Source: Nymphaea colorata (taxonomy: Eukaryota). Taken from it: a stretch of 64,000 nucleotides of DNA. The stretch's first letter is position 1. Each line of letters begins with the position of its first letter. Where the stretch lies: assembly GCF_008831285.2 (NCBI RefSeq), contig NC_045138.2, positions 26,226,001 to 26,290,000 on the forward strand. Reading direction: 5' to 3'. Below are positions 54,520 through 64,000 of the stretch, one piece after another. Made by a program: the position numbers and the translations under genes. The notes below the pieces were generated by a model that had not been told where the DNA came from, did not search any database, and was given only the letters and a program-made list of their open reading frames with translations.

Positions 54520-54988
54520 CTTGAGCTCGGCTTGGCTAATGAAACCTCGAGCTCGACTTGTCTCGAGCTCAAGAATACCTCGACTCAACAATTACTTGTT
54601 GTTCGAGCTCGACAAACTCGTTTGAATAGAATTGATATTCATCGTCACGTGTTGAGCTCGAGCTCGACTCGATTAAAGCTTGATAAACTCATTTGAATAG
54701 AATTGATATTCATCTCTACGTGTTGAGGTCAAACTCAACATGATTAAGGCTCGACAAACTCGTAAACTCGTTTGAATATATCGACTTGATTAAAGCTCGA
54801 CAAACTCGATTAAAACTCGAGTTCAACTCGGCAGTTACATGTTGAGCTCGAACTCAACTCAATTATTTGAACGAGTCGACTCATTAACTCGAGTTCGGCT
54901 CGTTAGGCAAATGACTCGGCTTGAACTCGTTGAGGAGCCGAGCCTTAACGAGTCAAGTTCGAGTAGCTTGACTCGTTGTTCACCCTAC
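54520..54988. mobile_element. Non-autonomous DNA-transposon remnant built from (A)CTCGA/GAGCTCG subrepeats
   Basis: Dense GAGCTCGA/AAACTCG motifs, an internal ~70-bp duplication (AAACTC.TTTGAATAGAATTGATATTCATC...ACGTGTTGAG), and a hAT-like right end TGTTCACCCTA; left end eroded. Confidence 0.55.
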
Positions 54989-57900
54989 TTAATTCTCAAT
55001 TTCGAGTGAGCAACAACGTATCATCTAGAAAAAGCAGCCTAACAACTTCACCTTTTCCTGCCTTTGAGGTCCTGAGTTGTGCCGGCATCATCAACAACAG
55101 TGATACACCTTTCAATTTAAATATTACACTCCACCACTTAAGACATACGACCAACGTTATGCCCCTTGAGGCAACATGAATCTCCTCCTCTTTTTAAAAG
55201 AAAAATGAAAAGACAGAAGTTGAAAAAACCATGAGAGCAGAGCAAAAAGCTTCACGTGTTTGAGAATTATTTAATCACAAAGTTAAGGCCCTTTTCGATA
55301 TTGGTCCAAAGCGTTCCAGCTTCATCTTAGGTGTATGTTGGGCTGCAGAGAATGAATAAGCAGCTTTTTCATATGCCAACTCAATTTTATCGCTCTCATC
55401 GATCACAGATCATATTACAATAGGATCTGTGGGTTCGGGACCGATTAAGATTGGGCTACGTTGATCTTTATATGTTGGATCTAAGTGATGAAATGTTTTG
55501 CATGTAAAACTTATTATTCTAGTTCCCAATTTTGTTGTGTCCAACACTTGGATCGTAGGTCCAGATTTTATCAAATGTGATCGAATTCAGATCCAAATTC
55601 AAATTAGATCCCATATATTAAAAATATCAAGTAGTTGCAATGAACTGGAAAATATTTTCTCTCTGGAGAGAGTCTTAGACCAAAAGCTTGGTGCATTCAC
55701 AAAAAAAAAAAAAAAAAAAGACAAGTTTTTTGGTAAGATAAAAAAAAAATAAAATAACTAAAGAGAGGACATATTTTTTTAAAGTTACAAAAACATCCAC
55801 CTTCTTTTACTACGTATTTAAAACCGGCACAGAAAAAACGGCGCACACAACCTTTCCGAGTCCTAGACAAGCTGCGTGGATCCGAGTCAGCATCACGAGA
55901 TATTTATTTGGAGCCCGCGCCAGGAGGAGGACCACCCATTAAAAACAAAAAAAGCGAAGGCCCACTTTGGAAATCATGGTTCATTGCGGGGCTTCTAGTG
56001 AAACTGAAATCGGCGAGAGATAAGAACACAAAGAGGAACAGCTAATTGGATTGGATCATCCCCTCTTGTATTGTATAGTTGCAGCACCCAATCAATCATG
56101 GAGTATAAAATTCATGGCGTCGTTCTCTTTTGGGGAGGATCCAATCTTCTTCTTATTCCTTCTGCTTGTTTTTGGGTCAGTTGGTTTTGTGGCAGGCGGT
56201 GCCCATGGATTACCTTGGGCTGTTTCTCTCTCTCTCACTCTCTCTCTTTATTGGTTCTTATGTTCTAGTGAATTTTGATTTAATTATTTGGGCGAACCTT
56301 CCCATCTCCTTCTATCTTCAATAATTTTCACGTGTATGATTCAATATATATTATATTCGTTTATGTTATTTGAAGACGAATTGAATTGCTCAAGAGTATG
56401 TTTGATTATATGTCGAGAAGTCTCGGAGGGGTTGGTGTATTTGGTTGTTAAATGGGTATTTTCTGTTCATATGCGTCCACCAGATACTACTGGTACTGGA
56501 GAGACACTAATTCCAAAGCTGTAACTATTTTTTTTTGGGTACATATGAGCAGTTTAGAATCGCATTAGCTAACTATAGCACAAGTTCGAACTACACCAAT
56601 GAGATCCTCATCAATTAACTGGTGCAAATGACCATGTGGATTGATGTGAATGGTCATTTCAAAGGATCGTTTAAAGACCTATGAGACAAGAAAATCAACC
56701 TACATATTAGCTTTTTTGTACGTATGACATAAGACACACTCTCAATCTCGTTTTAGCAATTCTTAACACACTGCTTGACTTAATATGAAGAGATTTCACA
56801 TAAATGGTAGCATAAGTGATGAGTGAAATTTCAGCTTGTAGTTTGATTCGTGTGGGCGTTTAAACTTATTGTGATGGCAAAAAGTAAGATGTTCCTAGAA
56901 AACTGCCCATAAGTCTCACCTTTTTCCTAGAAAGCCCAAAGAATATCTTCGGTTGGAATTCCTGGGAAAAGTTGGGTGCCTGTTTGGCATTTTCTAGTGA
57001 CGGATGGCCGTCGTCACACTTGTCTTCTAAAATTGAGAAGTGCCAATCATTGAGGTACACTTTTACTGTTTGGGGGCCCATACCTCTCGAAACGAATCCT
57101 CATGGACCGACTAAATTTTAGTGAAGGACAATAACGTACTCAGCTTTCCAAATCTTTTCACTTAACGGCACCTGAAAAGCACGGATCGCCAAATTCGCGT
57201 TCCCCTCTAAATTTCCTCTAATACCATCAAATATTAGACATAATTTGTAAATTATTCGTCACAAACTTTCTGAATTTGTCTTAAAAAAAATCATGATCAT
57301 CTTAGTAATCGGCTCATAGACATCTTTCCATCAAATGTGGTAAGAAATATTTCTAGGAAATTTGGCAAGTTTTCGGGCAGTGGTTGGTAGGATTGATTCA
57401 ATTTTTATGGGCATTAGTAGGCTGTAAGGGTAATATTATTATTTAAGGGGGCGTTTGGATGACAATTTAACTTTGTAAAAGCTTAATTTTATGGAAATCA
57501 AGTTTTTTAACGAGTTTTAAAAAGTTTGTATACTTACACACGAAAACTTAATTGTTCGTAAGGTTTTTTACTGCCTTTTATAAAACCAGATTTTCTTCAA
57601 ACTGATGTTTTCTTTTTTCAACGCAGTTTTGATGACACCCAAATACTTAAAAGACTTGTTCTAGTTTTCGGTGTCAACCCCAAAAAGTTTTATAAAGTTT
57701 CTCAACTTTTAAGTGTGGCTTGTTGCATAAAAAAATGAAAAAAGTGTGTATGAAAACTAAAGAAGCTTACGCTTTTGAGCAAGCACCAAAGTCTTTAATT
57801 TAGGTAAGACAAAAAAAAATGTAGCTCAAAATAAACAAGTTTATCATATTGTGATAATAAGCGTCCAAACAAGTCTATTCCTATGGGCAAAAGAAGAAGA

Positions 57901-58279
57901 ACGTGGTTTTATGCACCTGAACGAGCTTAGCCAAGGTAGGGCTCGCATGGACTTTGGCCCACTTCAATTTTTTTTTTTAAATGTACTTTACTTGTTTTAT
58001 ATAAAAACTTTAAAAAATAATATTTTAGTTCTTACTTAAAATTTAAAAACTTTAATTCGTGCATAAAAATTTTTAAAAAATAATATTTTAGCTCCTACTC
58101 AAAATTTAGAAACTTTAATTCGCCCGTCATGTCATGTCTGGTTCTGCTCCTGTGGACGAGACACTAAATCTATCAACTTTTTAAGTTGTGGTTTTGGTAA
58201 GTGAAGTAAAGAAGGTGGCTCCTAACAAGTGGGACAGACCTTGTCAATTACGTGTTTGAATTTTATCTATTAGAGAAGC

Positions 58280-58445
58280 GATTACTCGGCTCTTTCCTCA
58301 CCTTCTTGGGAACTCTTTTCCTCACGTAATGACAATCGATGTTCTTACGTAGGAAACCTTTTGATTACTCGGCTCTTTCCTCACATGCTTTGGAACTCTT
58401 TTCCTCACGTAATGACAATCGGTGTTATTGCGTAGGAAACCTTTT
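58280..58445. repeat. 83-bp direct tandem duplication
   Basis: GATTACTCGGCTCTTTCCTCAC...CGTAGGAAACCTTTT starts at 58280 and 58363. Confidence 0.9.
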
Positions 58446-61071
58446 CTCCTGGTGGAATCCTAGGGAGTTTGGGAAACTCGAGTTTTCCTCGGCACTCAGT
58501 TTTGCTGGCCAATTTTCAGTCTCTCTGAACACGTGTTCATGTTTTTCAATTTTCAAAAAACAACATAAAGACATGTTTATATATATATATATATTATAAT
58601 TTCTCATCTCAAAAGTGGTTTCTCTCACTAAAAACTAAAGTCCTTGTTCTTGTGCTATTGTTAAAAAAAGACAGATCCATTCCTAATATTCTCCATTTGT
58701 GGAGTTTCCTTCATAACTCCCACCTAACCTTCTCCCAGTATCGTGGCTTTTCCATTGCCTCTTCATCATATACTAAATATAATAAAATCTTTTGGCATTT
58801 TGTTGCACACAGTCTTGCAAATCCATCAACCAGTCCACCGTGAAAGGTGTGCTAGCTGGTGGGGACAATAATTTCGTTGATCATTTCCTTCTTCCTCCTC
58901 CTCGCTTATCCTTTTCATCCTCTTCCTCTCCAAGTGGCGCAGCATATTCTTTTTACTACCAATCATGTCAAATCATGGCGGACGCCGCGAATCCGCGATA
59001 ACCTTTTACAGCTAAATACATTGGAAGTCGGGTTGAAACAGATCTGGTGCAGCAAAAGATGACAAGAACATTCCGCGAGATTCAATTCCTTTTCCAGCCT
59101 TACTCTGCCAACTTTGTTTACAGGTAGGCTGGATCTGAGGCAGCTATATGCATGAAAAGAAGGTGAAGATGAATCAGACACAAAACTTTTAAATTTTCAT
59201 GAAAGACGAGTTTTGATGCGTCTGTCTGACATAGATCTAATCTAATTGCAAACCCGAAACAACAATCTGAAAAGGATAAGAGTGTTTAAACTGCATGTAA
59301 GGTGCCAATTGTTCAGGTCTGTAATTGAGCTTTTTGACTGTGTCTCTCCTTTAAATCTATGTAAAACATATTGTTTTCCTTGGGGTTGGATCCGTTTTCC
59401 TATTCATAGGATAGAGCCGGGAACAGTTTTCCATAGAAAATATTCAACAGCGAACCTTGATGAAGTTAAAAGAAAGCTACACTTTCATCCAGAATAAGAA
59501 CATGCAGTACCAGATATACCTGCACTAGAAAATTTATATATAAATTTTAAAAAATTTCACTTGTTTTATATAAAATTTTTCAAAAATGATATTTCATTCC
59601 TAGCCAAAATTTAGAAACTTTAATGCGCCTCCCTCATGAAAAAATTCTGACTTTGCCCTTGATCCATTACTACCACACATAGCAGTTAGGGCCAGATGTG
59701 TGAATTCCATGCAAACTTCGGCATCACTAGTTTCTTCTAAATCTAAATTTGAATTTGGATTTGGATCATATAAGCTGGATGAGGTACTTCTAAGAAGGGC
59801 GGATGCCTCTTTCCCATTACTCCTACTCCCAGGGTCCAAAACTGCTTCGAGACTTGAGTGGAAAGAAAAACGTACGAACTAGAGTACAATATATCCGCTG
59901 TTTGAAGTCTAGATGAGTATCATTCATAAGAATCGAACCGACGAACATATTTTTACTGCCTGCCAGTTTGACCAGTTAAGCTGCACCCATCAGGACGATC
60001 ATCTAAGCCGACAACAAAAGGAGATTAAGTGTGGGTTTGGTCAAAGCAAAGGAGATGCCATTCGCGTCTGTCGGACGTGTGGTTGCCAATAGATATTTCT
60101 TAGTCTCATTGTCAACAAAACCACCTTGCCACCTGACCCTACAAAATTAAATGCAAGGCGGATTACAATATCAGTGCTAATATATAGACACACACATATA
60201 TACATACATACATACATACAAAACCACCATCCTCGGTATTGGCAGGCCCGCCGCACTTGGACAGGCATACGGTTTTGATGGCTGGGAGACGATTCAGAGG
60301 CACACACTGATTGGGCTGCGGGCCTGCGGCCCACGTCAGCTTGTATTATTATCGTTGTTTTCCCTGTGGGGACTTTCCTGGCCTGGGATGTGAAAACCTT
60401 TCCCGTTTCTGTGTGAAAATTTTTCCGATGCATAAGATTTATCCTTACCCCACTGGTGAAATTAATTCTTAAGAAGATAAGTGGTGAATCAATTTCCACA
60501 TTTAAGGCCTGTGAATTCTGCACATACTTGCAGCGCTAAATTGATAGATGCATGAGCTTGAGAATTCATGGAAAGAAGGTATGCTTTTACAACGGTGACG
60601 ACATAATCTTTGTTGTTGCCGATACCAATCTTCTTGTTCTAACCAATTAGGCAGGAAATATCTTTGAGATATGTTCTAGTTTTGGTTGGAAATAGAGATT
60701 AAGAAAACGACTAGTTGGTGATCGACTCAAAGTATACAAAATATCATAAAATATTGTCATATAACTACTTAAAGAGCATACAATTTGCTTTAAAATAAAC
60801 TAATGAAGTGGATTGATATTGCCCACTTGGTGTAACCGAGGGAGCTGCATTCGTCTTTAAGGATGTAAATGATTAGAACATGGTTTCGAGATTTTGATTG
60901 TTTTTATGCATCGGCATTTGATCGAGAACTGATTACTCGTGTATTTAAATTAATTATCTGAGTTGGAACCTTTTACATTCTTGTTTGTGTTAGAAATCTA
61001 TAGAATGAGCTCACATATATGTTGATTATTTTAGATTATAAGCTACCTGCATAGATGAACTCAATTTAAAG

Positions 61072-61416
61072 TAGGGATATCAACAGATCGGACCTATCCT
61101 TAATCATATCCATTTTTTCGGATATTCACACATTCAGATTCAAATTCACATTCAAATTAAAATGAAGAAAAGTCATATCCAAATCCGAATTTTGAACCGG
61201 ATTTTGTTAATTTTCAAAATTTAATAGCACTACATACATGATATTTGTTTTAAAATGAATCCAATCGGAATCCATATCTTACTCTGATCGGATGCCATTT
61301 ATTAAATCCGAATTCAATTCGATTTCTTAATCAGATATTAATTTTTTTTCATATCCAATTTTTTTAGATTGGATCGGTCGAATATCCTATTCAAATCGGA
61401 TATATTGGCATCCCTA
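61072..61416. mobile_element. hAT-like MITE
   Basis: Ends TAGGGATATCAA / TTGGCATCCCTA, ATCCGA/TCGGAT subterminal repeats, 8-bp TSD ATTTAAAG / ATTTCAAG (7/8). Confidence 0.8.
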
Positions 61417-61834
61417 ATTTCAAGTGATCTAATAAGTTTGGGTCCGTATCATTTTAGTTTAGCATGAATCATACGTATAAAAACCAGAGAAGATCCATAT
61501 CCGGTTTATGATGGCAAAACCATTATTTGGACCATAATTAAGTCTATAAATAGGATTGTGGTTCCAAATTTAGAAGAGTTAGAAAGATTCCATTGTGTGA
61601 TCTTCTCTATTTCATCTTAAAGTATTTTTGTGTCACACCCTTGCATGAACTTCTTAATGTCATGCATGATATATTCTTATGATTTTGGCATGTATAGCAT
61701 ATTTATTTGTTTATGCATTCAATTTGTCTTGCCTGACTTAGACATCTGAACCCATTCATCCATAGGTTTCTCTTTTTTTTTTCCTTTTTTTTTGAACAAA
61801 TTGTGGCAGCTTAAGATTATCACGTTCTAAACAA

Positions 61835-61837
<3 letters not shown>

Positions 61838-61898
<61 letters not shown>
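61838..61898. repeat. (TA)n microsatellite, ~30 units
   Basis: Pure TA run. Confidence 0.95.
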
Positions 61899-61904
<6 letters not shown>

Positions 61905-62399
61905 CGAAAAGAAAAAGGTGTGAACTAGTACTATATAACGAATATGTCGATCGCCGTTTTCTCTTTATTTTTTTTTCAATCATCCATTGCGATGGATTAG
62001 ATGGATCTTATGAGCGAGCTGGGTAATTACTGTGGATTGCCAAGTTACCATTCAATTTTTCTTGATCAAAAGTGTGTACTAACTGATAAATTAAGGTTGC
62101 ATTTGATACCTTCGGATCTTAGATTCGAATATGCATAAAAGGTATGTTTTGGGATATCCCCACTTTAAGTTGAAGATCTAGTAGCATGGATTTTAAGGAC
62201 AGATGGACAAGAGGATCTGATGCTAAATCCATGCTTTGGATCTGACCTGAAATCTATGGATCTGAAATCCCAGATCATTGCCGAAACATTAAAAAATAAA
62301 GCATCCTTCATGGTATTAATTTACCTAATGATGGGATATCATAAAACTTGATTAGTGTTCTCTTGGTTCATCATTCTCGTCCTTCAAATTGACATTAAC

Positions 62400-62531
62400 G
62401 AAGTGTTTGGTAACAAGAACATTGTGTTCTTTACAACATAAACTGTTCTATATATGAACGTGTCGCATTTTTCGGGATCATGTTAAACGATGTGTTCCAA
62501 AGAACACAGTGTTCATGTTACCAAATGCCTT
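62400..62531. mobile_element. Small fold-back Tourist-like MITE
   Basis: ~30-bp inverted ends GTGTTTGGTAACAAGAACATTGTGTTCTTT / AAAGAACACAGTGTTCATGTTACCAAATGC. Confidence 0.7.
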
Positions 62532-63679
62532 CTAATAGCCACACTTTTGACATTATACCTGTGAGAAGTTCATCAACAAGTAGAGTTTCATCAAAGGAAA
62601 TTAATGTAAGAATTGTACCTAAAGGCAAAAAGCAAAAAAAAAAAAAAAGAGAGAAAAAAATAGTACATGTTTATTTGAACTTGTATTTATGATTCGAATC
62701 AAATCGAGGGCAAATCGGTTCATTTGATCAGTCGATATAAAGGTTTCACGTGTTAAGCAGTATTCTTTTTCTCTATTTCAAATAATTTTGAACTTTTTAT
62801 TTATAATTTTTATAATTTGCTCAGTTTTAAAAATGAAGATAATTTTTTTGTCGATTCATAATTAATTCATGAGAAATTTACGAATAAACCGTCATTTGAC
62901 ATATTTCCAAATAACTGCTTATCATTTGAGAAGTTATAAATAGCCATCTCATTTCATAAAATACTTAAAGCAAATTTTTTTCTAAACAATTTGCTTTTTT
63001 TGCCTCTCAACCTTTCATTTGATTTTTCATTTGATTTTGATGAACGATCCTGATTAGATGGTTGAGTAACTCCGAATAACCAGAATCATCATTCACTCTT
63101 ATATGCACACTCATTCTTGAAAAGTTAACCAAGTTATCAACACAACGATGACACCCAACTATGGTGAGCAAGAGAGGCGAAGGGACCTTTTTAAGATGTC
63201 TTTTAACCCAAATTTAGATCCAACTAGCAAAAGATATATATAGGTAATTTATTTGTAGCGGATTTGATCTTTGTTGGATTCAACTTGATAAAGACATATC
63301 TGATCAATTTACATTCCAAATGGTGCCCAATGGATTTACTTGTTAAACTACACAAATGAGATCTAAGGATCAGTTGTGGGGCTTCCAGTATTCTTGGTGC
63401 ATTCAACAGAATTTTATCAGAACTGATGAATATTACGTGTGTGTTCCATAAATCTATCTTAAAGATTGAGGCAAATTCATGAAACACTAAAACTTGCAGT
63501 TTATTAATTTGTCCCACTTATAAAGTATTTCATTTGCCAAACGACCCCTAACATGTTAAGGGCTCGACACCATGATACTTTGTCAAAATAGGGACTTCCT
63601 TAGTTCGACTGGCTCAAATGTAAGTAGTCTGAGATCTAAGATCTGAAGTGATTTGAGAACTACGCCGATGTGAGATCTG

Positions 63680-63998
63680 CAGGACTGTCAACAATCGGAT
63701 GTAAAACTTTACCATATTCGAATTAAAATATAATGAGTAAACTTTTATGCGATCGCTAAATCTGATTTTTAAATTCACAATCTAAATCATTCATCGAAGG
63801 CGGACTTTTAAATACACACCAACTGGTATTGGAGATAAAACATATATTTGAAACCGAATTCAAATGCAAATATGAAGATCATATTTATATAAAACTGAAT
63901 ATCATTTCTCAAATCTGAATCCAATTTGATTTCTTAATCAGATATTAATTTTTTTTACACCAACTTTTTTGAAGCAGCTTATCATATATTCTATCCCA
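63680..63998. mobile_element. Degenerate second copy of the 61072-61416 MITE family
   Basis: Shares TCAACA..TCGGA at the start and GATTTCTTAATCAGATATTAA-TTTTTT near the end. Confidence 0.6.
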
Positions 63999-64000
63999 AT

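Noticed and set aside
54520..54988. Regularly recurring short repeats as a CRISPR-like array
   Set aside because: Eukaryotic context, no constant repeat with unique spacers, no cas genes; fits transposon subterminal repeats.
59807..59830. TCTTTCCCATTACTCCTACTCC resembling miR482/2118
   Set aside because: Several mismatches to the family as I recall it, and no complementary star arm nearby.
60368..60378. GGGGACTTTCC, an NF-kB consensus site
   Set aside because: Plants lack NF-kB; chance match.

Overview
Eukaryotic nuclear DNA from a flowering plant (GT-AG introns, plant gene families, MITEs, microsatellites); species not determinable from sequence alone. Five protein-coding loci could be reconstructed by hand. 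(1) The 5' part (12 exons) of NUCLEAR PORE ANCHOR/TPR on the minus strand, running off the left edge; the intron at the edge holds a probable LTR remnant. (2) A 2-exon GT92 galactan synthase (GALS). (3) A 7-exon C-terminal C3HC4 RING protein. (4) A complete 20-exon mitochondrial succinic-semialdehyde dehydrogenase (ALDH5F1/SSADH), whose transit-peptide exon appears to use a GC donor. (5) An intronless organic cation/carnitine transporter (OCT) with a 1-nt frameshift in a G run near its 3' end. Introns and intergenic DNA carry Tourist-like and hAT-like MITEs, a degenerate L1-like fragment, short tandem duplications and microsatellites. I found no convincing new biological system. The most unusual signals are a patchwork of short reverse-complement copies at 65-157 (possible template-switch filler DNA), the GC-AG first intron of SSADH, the OCT frameshift, and unexplained gene-like fragments at 51.2, 56.1 and 58.8-59.1 kb.
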